Positions 52,902 to 64,000 of a stretch of DNA of 64,000 nucleotides are shown here, in pieces; within the stretch, counting starts at the first letter, position 1, and each line of letters starts with the position of its first letter. Location: contig NC_087251.1 of assembly GCF_037042905.1 (NCBI RefSeq), positions 26,538,001-26,602,000 of the forward strand, in the 5' to 3' direction. The position numbers and the translations under genes are program-made. Under the pieces are notes generated by a model that was given only the letters and a program-made list of their open reading frames with translations, had not been told where the DNA came from and made no database searches. The stretch is from Lytechinus pictus (Eukaryota).

Positions 52902-55900
52902 ATGCCTCAGAGACGATCTTTCACTGCAGCATTCAAACTCTCTGTCTGCCAGTATGCAGAAGAGTTTGGGAACAGGGCAGCAGGGCAACATCACGGTGTG
53001 GACGAGTCTGTCATCAGACGATGGAGATCAAACAGCGACACTCTGAAGGCAATGCTGAGAACAAAGAAGGCAATGAGAGGGAAGGCAGCTAGATGGCCGG
53101 CACCGGAGGAGAAGGTTATCGCCTGGGTAAGAGAGAAGCGTAGTGAGGGCCACGCTCTATCAACTGTGGAGCTTTGCATCAAAGGGAGGCGCATAGCTGA
53201 GGCTGACGGGATTGAGACTTGACTGGGTCTAAGATGTGGGCTCATCGATTCATGGCCCACCACAACCTCTCAATGCGGCGACGAACCCACATCTCCCAAA
53301 GACACCCCGACGATTTCGACAGCAAAATAATGAACTTCCAGTGATTTGTTATTAATAGACGGCGGCTCCATGACTACCCACTTTTCATTTATCGTACAAA
53401 TTATTTTATTTAGTCCTTTTCTTTACAACAAAGCATGTGGTTCCGAGATTTCAGTAAGAGTGGGAGCAACCAGCCAATATTTGTTGACACATTGAGACAA
53501 TACACATGAGAGATGGCTGGCTTGATTCCAACAATATATCTTTGGAGAAATTGCTGATGATAGGGTATGGGCAGCATTGAGACATCTGGTTATAAATCAC
53601 GAACAATTTATTTCTTTAGTTTAGGGTAGAAAATTTGGAATGTTAATATCAAGAGTTTCAAATATGATATTGGCTCCAGGATGGTATGGAACGATAAAAT
53701 CCTGACCAACTTAGAAGTTTTTTTACATTTCACAACTGGTTCTAATACCTCACCATGTGATATAAGGAAAACAAGCACAGCTTTGAACCACTCATACTAC
53801 CCTCGACAAAAATGCCTCAGAGACGATCTTTCACTGCAGCATTCAAACTCTCTGTCTGCCAGTATGCAGAAGAGTTTGGGAACAGGGCAGCAGGGCAACA
53901 TCACGGTGTGGACGAGTCTGTCATCAGACGATGGAGATCAAACAGCGACACTCTGAAGGCAATGCTGAGAACAAAGAAGGCAATGAGAGGGAAGGCAGCT
54001 AGATGGCCGGCACCGGAGGAGAAGGTTATCGCCTGGGTAAGAGAGAAGCGTAGTGAGGGCCACGCTCTATCAACTGTGGAGCTTTGCATCAAAGGGAGGC
54101 GCATAGCTGAGGCTGACGGGATTGAGACTTGACTGGGTCTAAGATGTGGGCTCATCGATTCATGGCCCACCACAACCTCTCAATGCGGCGACGAACCCAC
54201 ATCTCCCAAAGACACCCCGACGATTTCGACAGCAAAATAATGAACTTCCAGTGATTTGTTATTAATAGACGGCGGCTCCATGACTACCCACTTTTCATTT
54301 ATCGTACAAATTATTTTATTTAGTCCTTTTCTTTACAACAAAGCATGTGGTTCCGAGATTTCAGTAAGAGTGGGAGCAACCAGCCAATATTTGTTGACAC
54401 ATTGAGACAATACACATGAGAGATGGCTGGCTTGATTCCAACAATATCTTTGGAGAAATTGCTGATGATAGGGTATGGGCAGCATTGAGACATCTGGTTA
54501 TAAATCACGAACAATTTATTTCTTTAGTTTAGGGTAGAAAATTTGGAATGTTAATATCAAGAGTTTCAAATATGATATTGGCTCCAGGATGGTATGGAAC
54601 GATAAAATCCTGACCAACTTAGAAGTTTTTTTACATTTCACAACTGGTTCTAATACCTCACCATGTGATATAAGGAAAACAAGCACAGCTTTGAACCACT
54701 CATACTACCCTCGACAAAAATGCCTCAGAGACGATCTTTCACTGCAGCATTCAAACTCTCTGTCTGCCAGTATGCAGAAGAGTTTGGGAACAGGGCAGCA
54801 GGGCAACATCACGGTGTGGACGAGTCTGTCATCAGACGATGGAGATCAAACAGCGACACTCTGAAGGCAATGCTGAGAACAAAGAAGGCAATGAGAGGGA
54901 AGGCAGCTAGATGGCCGGCACCGGAGGAGAAGGTTATCGCCTGGGTAAGAGAGAAGCGTAGTGAGGGCCACGCTCTATCAACTGTGGAGCTTTGCATCAA
55001 AGGGAGGCGCATAGCTGAGGCTGACGGGATTGAGACTTGACTGGGTCTAAGATGTGGGCTCATCGATTCATGGCCCACCACAACCTCTCAATGCGGCGAC
55101 GAACCCACATCTCCCAAAGACACCCCGACGATTTCGACAGCAAAATAATGAACTTCCAGTGATTTGTTATTAATAGACGACGGCTCCATGACTACCCACT
55201 TTTCATTTATCGTACAAATTATTTTATTTAGTCCTTTTCTTTACAACAAAGCATGTGGTTCCGAGATTTCAGTAAGAGTGGGAGCAACCAGCCAATATTT
55301 GTTGACACATTGAGACAATACACATGAGAGATGGCTGGCTTGATTCCAACAATATCTTTGGAGAAATTGCTGATGATAGGGTATGGGCAGCATTGAGACA
55401 TCTGGTTATAAATCACGAACAATTTATTTCTTTAGTTTAGGGTAGAAAATTTGGAATGTTAATATCAAGAGTTTCAAATATGATATTGGCTCCAGGATGG
55501 TATGGAACGATAAAATCCTGACCAACTTAGAAGTTTTTTTACATTTCACAACTGGTTCTAATACCTCACCATGTGATATAAGGAAAACAAGCACAGCTTT
55601 GAACCACTCATACTACCCTCGACAAAAATGCCTCAGAGACGATCTTTCACTGCAGCATTCAAACTCTCTGTCTGCCAGTATGCAGAAGAGTTTGGGAACA
55701 GGGCAGCAGGGCAACATCACGGTGTGGACGAGTCTGTCATCAGACGATGGAGATCAAACAGCGACACTCTGAAGGCAATGCTGAGAACAAAGAAGGCAAT
55801 GAGAGGGAAGGCAGCTAGATGGCCGGCACCGGAGGAGAAGGTTATCGCCTGGGTAAGAGAGAAGCGTAGTGAGGGCCACGCTCTATCAACTGTGGAGCTT

Positions 55901-55948
55901 TGCATCAAAGGGAGGCGCATAGCTGAGGCTGACGGGATTGAGACTTGA
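52902..55948 (+). pseudogene. Four frameshifted 106-aa copies of the transposase N-terminus (52902, 53812, 54720, 55628)
   Basis: A shared 1-bp deletion (gattgagact vs gattgatgact) truncates the second HTH. Confidence 0.8.
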
Positions 55949-56535
55949 CTGGGTCTAAGATGTGGGCTCATCGATTCATGGCCCACCACAACCTCTCAAT
56001 GCGGCGACGAACCCACATCTCCCAAAGACACCCCGACGATTTCGACAGCAAAATAATGAACTTCCAGTGATTTGTTATTAATAGACGGCGGCTCCATGAC
56101 TACCCACTTTTCATTTATCGTACAAATTATTTTATTTAGTCCTTTTCTTTACAACAAAGCATGTGGTTCCGAGATTTCAGTAAGAGTGGGAGCAACCAGC
56201 CAATATTTGTTGACACATTGAGACAATACACATGAGAGATGGCTGGCTTGATTCCAACAATATCTTTGGAGAAATTGCTGATGATAGGGTATGGGCAGCA
56301 TTGAGACATCTGGTTATAAATCACGAACAATTTATTTCTTTAGTTTAGGGTAGAAAATTTGGAATGTTAATATCAAGAGTTTCAAATATGATATTGGCTC
56401 CAGGATGGTATGGAACGATAAAATCCTGACCAACTTAGAAGTTTTTTTACATTTCACAACTGGTTCTAATACCTCACCATGTGATATAAGGAAAACAAGC
56501 ACAGCTTTGAACCACTCATACTACCCTCGACAAAA

Positions 56536-56979
56536 ATGCCTCAGAGACGATCTTTCACTGCAGCATTCAAACTCTCTGTCTGCCAGTATGCAGAAGAGTT
56601 TGGGAACAGGGCAGCAGGGCAACATCACGGTGTGGACGAGTCTGTCATCAGACGATGGAGATCAAACAGCGACACTCTGAAGGCAATGCTGAGAACAAAG
56701 AAGGCAATGAGAGGGAAGGCAGCTAGATGGCCGGCACCGGAGGAGAAGGTTATCGCCTGGGTAAGAGAGAAGCGTAGTGAGGGCCACGCTCTATCAACTG
56801 TGGAGCTTTGCATCAAAGGGAGGCGCATAGCTGAGGCTGATGGGATTGATGACTTGACTGGGTCTAAGATGTGGGCTCATCGATTCATGGCCCACCACAA
56901 CCTCTCAATGCGGCGACGAACCCACATCTCCCAAAGACACCCCGACGATTTCGACAGCAAAATAATGAACTTCCAGTGA
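56536..56979 (+). CDS. Truncated pogo DNA-binding-only ORF, 147 aa, unit 7
   Basis: Open from ATG to the shared TGA after KIMNFQ. Confidence 0.5.
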   Translation: MPQRRSFTAAFKLSVCQYAEEFGNRAAGQHHGVDESVIRRWRSNSDTLKAMLRTKKAMRGKAARWPAPEEKVIAWVREKRSEGHALSTVELCIKGRRIAEADGIDDLTGSKMWAHRFMAHHNLSMRRRTHISQRHPDDFDSKIMNFQ

Positions 56980-57444
56980 TTTGTTATTAATAGACGGCGG
57001 CTCCATGACTACCCACTTTCCATTTATTGTACGAATTATTTTATTTAGTCCTTTTCTTTACAACAAAGCATGTGGTTCCGAGATTTCAGTAAGAGTGGGA
57101 GCAACCAGCCAATATTTGTTGACACATTGAGACAATACACATGAGAGATGGCTGGCTTGATTCCAACAATATCTTTGGAGAAATTGCTGATGATAGGGTA
57201 TGGGCAGCATTGAGACATCTGGTTATAAATCACGAACAATTTATTTCTTTAGTTTAGGGTAGAAAATTTGGAATGTTAATATCAAGAGTTTCAAATATGA
57301 TATTGGCTCCAGGATGGTATGGAACGATAAAATCCTGACCAACTTAGAAGTTTTTTTACATTTCACAACTGGTTCTAATACCTCACCATGTGATATAAGG
57401 AAAACAAGCACAGCTTTGAACCACTCATACTACCCTCGACAAAA

Positions 57445-57888
57445 ATGCCTCAGAGACGATCTTTCACTGCAGCATTCAAACTCTCTGTCTGCCAGTATGC
57501 AGAAGAGTTTGGGAACAGGGCAGCAGGGCAACATCACGGTGTGGACGAGTCTGTCATCAGACGATGGAGATCAAACAGCGACACTCTGAAGGCGATGCTG
57601 AGAACAAAGAAGGCAATGAGAGGGAAGGCAGCTAGATGGCCGGCACTGGAGGAGAAGGTTATCGCCTGGGTTAGAGAGAAGCGTAGTGAGGGCCATGCTC
57701 TATCAACTGTGGAGCTTTGCATCAAAGGGAGGCGCATAGCTGAGGCTGATGGGATTGATGACTTGACTGGGTCTAAGATGTGGGCTCATCGATTCATGGC
57801 CCACCACAACCTCTCAATGCGGCGACGAACCCACATCTCCCAAAGACACCCCGACGATTTCGACAGCAAAATAATGAACTTCCAGTGA
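57445..57888 (+). CDS. Truncated pogo DNA-binding-only ORF, 147 aa, unit 8
   Basis: Open from ATG to the shared TGA. It carries the WPALEE variant. Confidence 0.5.
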   Translation: MPQRRSFTAAFKLSVCQYAEEFGNRAAGQHHGVDESVIRRWRSNSDTLKAMLRTKKAMRGKAARWPALEEKVIAWVREKRSEGHALSTVELCIKGRRIAEADGIDDLTGSKMWAHRFMAHHNLSMRRRTHISQRHPDDFDSKIMNFQ

Positions 57889-58353
57889 TTTGTTATTAAT
57901 AGACGGCGGCTCCATGACTACCCACTTTCCATTTATTGTACGAATTATTTTATTTAGTCCTTTTCTTTACACCAAAGCATGTGGTTCCGAGATTTCAGTA
58001 AGAGTGGGAGCAACCAGCCAATATTTGTTGACACATTGAGACAATACACATGAGAGATGGCTGGCTTGATTCCAACAATATCTTTGGAGAAATTGCTGAT
58101 GATAGGGTATGGGCAGCATTGAGACATCTGGTTATAAATCACGAACAATTAATTTCTTTAGTTTAGGGTAGAAAATTTGGAATGTTAATATCAAGAGTTT
58201 CAAATATGATATTGGCTCCAGGATGGTATGGAACGATAAAATCCTGACCAACTTAGAAGTTTTTTTACATTTCACAACTGGTTCTAATACCTCACCATGT
58301 GATATAAGGAAAACAAGCACAGCTTTGAACCACTCATACTACCCTCGACAAAA

Positions 58354-58797
58354 ATGCCTCAGAGACGATCTTTCACTGCAGCATTCAAACTCTCTGTCTG
58401 CCAGTATGCAGAAGAGTTTGGGAACAGGGAAGCAGGGCAACATCACGGTGTGGACGAGTCTGTCATCAGACGATGGAGATCAAACAGCGACACTCTGAAG
58501 GCGATGCTGAGAACAAAGAAGGCAATGAGAGGGAAGGCAGCTAGATGGCCGGCACTGGAGGAGAAGGTTATCGCCTGGGTTAGAGAGAAGCGTAGTGAGG
58601 GCCATGCTCTATCAACTGTGGAGCTTTGCATCAAAGGGAGGCGCATAGCTGAGGCTGATGGGATTGATGACTTGACTGGGTCTAAGATGTGGGCTCATCG
58701 ATTCATGGCCCACCACAACCTCTCAATGCGGCGACGAACCCACATCTCCCAAAGACACCCCGACGATTTCGACAGCAAAATAATGAACTTCCAGTGA
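58354..58797 (+). CDS. Truncated pogo DNA-binding-only ORF, 147 aa, unit 9
   Basis: Open from ATG to the shared TGA. Confidence 0.5.
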   Translation: MPQRRSFTAAFKLSVCQYAEEFGNREAGQHHGVDESVIRRWRSNSDTLKAMLRTKKAMRGKAARWPALEEKVIAWVREKRSEGHALSTVELCIKGRRIAEADGIDDLTGSKMWAHRFMAHHNLSMRRRTHISQRHPDDFDSKIMNFQ

Positions 58798-59262
58798 TTT
58801 GTTATTAATAGACGGCGGCTCCATGACTACCCACTTTCCATTTATTGTACGAATTATTTTATTTAGTCCTTTTCTTTACACCAAAGCATGTGGTTCCGAG
58901 ATTTCAGTAAGAGTGGGAGCAACCAGCCAATATTTGTTGACACATTGAGACAATACACATGAGAGATGGCTGGCTTGATTCCAACAATATCTTTGGAGAA
59001 ATTGCTGATGATAGGGTATGGGCAGCATTGAGACATCTGGTTATAAATCACGAACAATTAATTTCTTTAGTTTAGGGTAGAAAATTTGGAATGTTAATAT
59101 CAAGAGTTTCAAATATGATATTGGCTCCAGGATGGTATGGAACGATAAAATCCTGACCAACTTAGAAGTTTTTTTACATTTCACAACTGGTTCTAATACC
59201 TCACCATGTGATATAAGGAAAACAAGCACAGCTTTGAACCACTCATACTACCCTCGACAAAA

Positions 59263-60525
59263 ATGCCTCAGAGACGATCTTTCACTGCAGCATTCAAACT
59301 CTCTGTCTGCCAGTATGCAGAAGAGTTTGGGAACAGGGAAGCAGGGCAACATCACGGTGTGGACGAGTCTGTCATCAGACGATGGAGATCAAACAGCGAC
59401 ACTCTGAAGGCGATGCTGAGAACAAAGAAGGCAATGAGAGGGAAGGCAGCTAGATGGCCGGCACTGGAGGAGAAGGTTATCGCCTGGGTTAGAGAGAAGC
59501 GTAGTGAGGGCCACGCTCTATCAACTGTGGAGCTTTGCATCAAAGGGAGGCGCATAGCTGAGACTGATGGGATTGATGACTTGACTGGGTCTAAGATGTG
59601 GGCTCATCGATTCATGGCCCACCACAACCTCTCAATGCGGCGACGAACCCACATCTCCCAAAGTCACCCCAACGATTTCGACAGCAAAATAATGAACTTC
59701 CAGCGATTTGTTATTAATAGACGGCTGCCCCATGACTACCCACTCAGCTGCATCGGGAAAGCCAATCAGACGCCCCTCACATTTGATCTTCCAAGGTGGT
59801 CCACTATTGCCAGCAAGGGAGAGAAGTAGGTCAACATCATCAGCACTGGGCACGAGAAAGACCGATTTATGGTGATGCTGGCATGTACAGCTGACGGCGG
59901 CAAACCCCCTCCGTATATTGTCTTTAAGTGGAAGACTCTTCCGAAAGAGAAGTTTCCAGCGGGAATCGTGAAGGCCCAGGTGAAAGGTTTGTTTGATCAG
60001 GACATCATCGAGGACTGGGTGAGGACGGTCTGGGCGAGAGGCGGTGGCATCACAAAGAGAAACAGCATGCTCATTCTCGATGCCTTTCGGTGTCACAAGA
60101 CAGAAGAGACAAAGGCCCTTCTTGCCGCAAAGAACACCGATCTTGTTATCATACTGGGTGGTATGACATCTATGCTCCAGCCCCTCGACATCAGCATCAA
60201 CAAGCCATTCAAGGATGCTCTTCATCAGCGATGGTCTGCTTGGATGAAAGAGGGGGAGAAATTCTTCATCCAGTCCGGTCAACAGAGAAAGGCGGATCTA
60301 CAGACGGTGTGCAGATGGGTCTTGGAGGCATGGAACAGCATCTACACAGATATCATTCGACGCTCATTCCTGAAATGCTGCATTTCAAATAGCCTCGATG
60401 GGACAGAGGATGATGCCATCTGGGAAGAGGAAGAGCGAGTCGATGAGGATGATGACTCCGACTCAGATGAGCTGCGCGCCGTGTTTGAAGACTCGTCTGA
60501 CGGGGAAGACTTCTTTGGCTTCTAA
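59263..60525 (+). pseudogene. Full-length pogo-family (POGK/Passer-like) transposase with one in-frame stop
   Basis: ORFs 59263-59829 and 59869-60525 are in the same frame, separated by TAG at 59827-59829. Motifs include TGHEK, VMLACTADG, LILDAFRCH and LQPLDISINKPFK (D-x35-D), plus an acidic tail. The first catalytic Asp position reads Asn (ANQTP). Confidence 0.92.
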
Positions 60526-60589
60526 GCTAGAGATACACATAATCAAAACGGCCCTTTGCAGGGCCACAAATATTCCAGAAAGAAATAGT

Positions 60590-61070
60590 GATTTGTCTCC
60601 ATCACCATCCTCTTCTCTTTTCATCCCCTCCTAAATCTTTTTTTTTCAATTTCTTCCATTTGCCTTTTCTTCATTTCTCTCTTTGTTAATCCTCCTCTTA
60701 AAATCTATCTTTAATTTCCCTCTTTTTACTTCTTCATTTTTTCTCTTCTATTTTTCCATACCTTTTTATAACTCTATTTTCTCATGCAAGTAAGAAAAAA
60801 AAATTATTTATCTCCACCTCCTATCTCTTTTCATCTCATTCTCGTTCTTATCTTTCTTCTCTTTATCATTTCTCCATGTTACCTTTTTTTATTTTTTTAT
60901 TTTTTTTTTTAAATTTTAATTCTACTCTGTTTTAATCTCCAATTTCTTCCATTTGCCTTTTTTTCATTACTCTCTTTGTCATTCATCATCTTAAAATCAA
61001 TCTTCAATTTCCCTCTTTATTTCTTCAGACTCTTTTAAAATTCTATTTTCTTTTCTATATTCACTTTATT
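60590..61070. repeat. CT-rich low-complexity tract with an ~80-bp direct duplication
   Basis: caatttcttccatttgcctttt...tttccctcttt occurs at about 60647 and 60940. Confidence 0.7.
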
Positions 61071-62191
61071 CCCACCCAAAGCTCCCAATAAAAAATACTA
61101 GCATTTTCCCCCCTATTTGCTGCCACACACGTACCGGGGTGTTTCAAAGCAGACGACAAGAAAAATACCTGAACAAAATATTGCAAATTTCTTGTATCTT
61201 GAACCTTCCCTTATCTAAGATTCATGTCAAGACATTGAATGCTAGACAGAATTCTGAAAGCGATAGTGGGACTGTGAAAAAGAAAATGAAAATCTTAAAA
61301 GAATGAATGGATAAAGGCAGGAGGAGATTTTAAAAAAAGATATACACATATTATTTTAGTGATTGATAATAAATCATACAAAGAAAGCAAGAAAATAAAA
61401 AAGGATCACAGACAATCAGTTAAATCTTTGAAAATTTGGGGTAACTCCCAAGTAGCTAATCAAGCTCTTGTCGTCAGGATATGTGGTGTGGCATCCTGAT
61501 GAAAATAGCCATTGGGCTAATTCTTTTCAGCTAATGGCATCAGATCAGGTTTGCTGTTTATCAATATTATTACGATACATGTAGGTTTACATTCTGTTTG
61601 GAGTGTGATCAGGGACCAAACAACAAGTCTCTGTTCAAGAAATTGGATGTGACTAAAAGATAAAACAAGTTTGAACTTTCAGAATCATGATACTTTTACA
61701 TATACGACATACAGCTCATGAAGAGTACACAAAACAATGTAATGAAATATGATATTGAATTTGAAGGAGCAAAGACAGGCAAAATGGCCACATATCAAGG
61801 CATTGATTTTCTTACAAAGACCAAACTTTCAATTTGTTCAAAGGATGACAAAGTGTCACTTTAAAATATCCTCTTTCAGTATAATTAGCGTTTCATTTGC
61901 AATTCATGTACTTAGCAGAACTGTGGTAGCTGGAATATGAACACATTACTTTCTAAGAAGTCTCCCTCTGGAAGATGTACACAGCTGAGTTTTGTGAAAA
62001 AATTGATAACCTGTTTGACTATTTGAATTCTAGATCATCTAGGGCTAGCCAAGACCATTATCCATAAAATGCTTTGTTTCACAAACCCAAAGTACGAACA
62101 CTGTTTGCTGTTGTGTGTACTGGATATAGTCACTTTGAAATATCCTCCTCTTTAAAGTGAGATTTAGTAGAAGAATTTGAACACATTTCCA

Positions 62192-62920
62192 TCTCATCAC
62201 TGCGGCGAATCAGTGAATTTAATAGAGAAGACGTTTGATTAATTTTGACTTCTAAAAGGAATTTAAAATATGATGAAGCATCCTAAGGTCTTAGATGAAC
62301 GATATTTGCTGCAAGGCTACAAAAGAGTAACAAGCAACTCATCACCAAAACTCAGAAGAGATGCTCCCTCAGAAAATGATAACAATTAACACAAAATGAC
62401 ATAGCTGTGGCACTCTCTCTATTCGCCAGAGGAAAGTAGCCATCAACAAATTTGCAGACAGTAGCAAGCAAAAAGTACGGTTGAGAAGAAAGAATAAGGG
62501 AAAAAAAACAAGCTGGAGGACCTGCTGACTAAGCTAGCTGCATTGCCAGGTCTCATCCCTTCAGCGAATCAGTGAACAGCAGCAGTGAACTTAATAGAGA
62601 AGACGTTTAATTCATTTTGGCTTCTAAAAGGAATTGAAAACATGACGAAGCATCCTAAGGTCTTTATATTTGCTGCAAGGCTACAAAAGAGCAACTAGCA
62701 ACTCACCAAAACTCAGTTGGAAGAGATTCTCCCTCAGAAAATGATTATAATGAACACAAAATAACATAGCTGTGGCACTCTCATTATTTGCCAGAGGAAA
62801 GAAGCCATCAACAAATTTGCCGACAGTAGCAAGCAAAAAGTACGGTTGACAAGAAAGAATGAGAAGGAAAAAAAAACAAGCTGGAGGACCTGCTGACTAA
62901 GCTAGCTGCATTGCCAGGTG
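62192..62920 (+). repeat. Tandem duplication of ~360 bp (two diverged copies)
   Basis: tctcatc...gcgaatcagtgaa...gctagctgcattgccaggt at 62192-62551 and 62551-62920. Confidence 0.9.
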
Positions 62921-64000
62921 ATGAAACATTGTCTGTGGGAGATGCAGTCTCAGGAAATGTCCCATGGCACTCTGATGGTCTTTCAACACCATCTCTGCCA
63001 TTTGGGGAGAAAAAGAAGATGGCGCATCTTTGGACACTAAGCAAAAGATATGAGGAGGCGGAATACCAATCGTGGGCAGAAATGAAAGGGGTGCTGTAGC
63101 ACTATCAGGAGAGGATTGCTTCATTACAGGAAGAAAAGTCATCAGAACATAACATTATATTCTTATCAGAATCAAAAGGTTCAAATATTTCACAGGCTTC
63201 AGGATGGCATGGAATGGTTAAATCATTTCTTGAGGCGATTTCAGCAAGCATAGTCTATAGTGATTACCAAGAAGCTGACACAGGCGATAAACAAAATTGA
63301 ATATCACAAGATGACAAGTATAACAGGCCTATTATGGGATATGTGCCACCAATGCTTTGGGGTGAATTTTTTTAAGGAAAAGAAGGATACTGAATCAGAT
63401 GTCATGAATTACACGTTCAGAAATGGGACATTTGTCTCTAATAAACTTAAAAGACACAACATGATGCTTTGAAGAGTACTATTTGAAGGAAAATGATACT
63501 AAAAGAGGTCATGTGATGCAGAATTGGACGTGGAGGAGATAAAGGCGGAAGAGTAAGGCAGAGGAGAAAGAGGTAAAAACAGAGGAAATGGAGACCGGCT
63601 GATTACTCATGATACATGTAATAAAGAAAGTAATATGATTATTTTAAAGAAGATGGCTCAGATGGTGGAAAGGGGGATACAGGAACAAGAGGAAACTCTT
63701 GGGAGAATGAATGGATAAAGGCAGGTGATAGAAGCAGCATATGAAGAGCCAGAGGAGATGTAAATATGTGATAATAAATTATGCAAAGAAAGAAAATCAA
63801 AGTGGATGATAGTGAAGCAGGTAAATTTTGGAAAATTTGGGATACCTCCCCCCCCCCCGTCGCAAATCAGGCTCAAGTTACGCAGTGTGGCATCCCAATG
63901 GAACATCCATTGGGATACTCTTTTTCAGCTAATGGTATCAGAGCAGGTCTACTGGAGAGGATCATAAAAGATTGCTTATCAAATATTATAACAATTGGGT

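Larger units (their letters stand above)
51139..59744 (+). repeat. Tandem array of ten units (908-910 bp, one internally deleted 421-bp unit), each ~430 bp flank plus ~480 bp of pogo transposase 5' end
   Basis: The junction gactacccact|tt(t/c)cattta recurs at about 52051, 52472, 53382, 54292, 55200, 56108, 57017, 57926 and 58835. Confidence 0.97.

Noticed and set aside
52771..59555. Overlapping 91-aa (+) and 62-90 aa (-) ORFs repeated in every array unit
   Set aside because: Alternative-frame or antisense shadows, repeated only because the unit is repeated.
59827..59829. Programmed readthrough of the TAG in the transposase
   Set aside because: There is no typical readthrough context, and the catalytic D>N change points to ordinary decay.

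Overview
AT-rich eukaryotic genomic DNA. The repeat families and gene structure suggest an invertebrate deuterostome, probably a sea urchin (inference). The one intact gene I can support is a six-exon calcineurin subunit B (PPP3R1/CNB) gene on the + strand: ATG at 9944, stop at 34220, 170 aa, four EF-hands, and probably a very long 3' UTR reaching about 42.4 kb. Its introns and flanks hold many non-autonomous elements: hAT-like, TTAA-targeting and Harbinger-like MITEs, Helentron-associated elements, a tRNA-SINE, LINE fragments and a 256-bp satellite inside a hAT-like element. The most unusual region is 49.7-64 kb. There a decayed ORF region carries two RAG1-N-terminus/Chapaev-like Zn modules and a RING remnant. 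It is interrupted by a pogo-family (POGK/Passer-like, D-x35-D) transposase with no visible TIRs. The 5' part of that transposase, with about 430 bp of upstream flank, has been amplified into ten ~909-bp tandem units. A shared CGA>TGA change turns the in-frame upstream copies into DNA-binding-domain-only ORFs. Further decayed paralogous coding remnants of unknown family follow to the end of the window. All homology calls were made by eye, without database searches.
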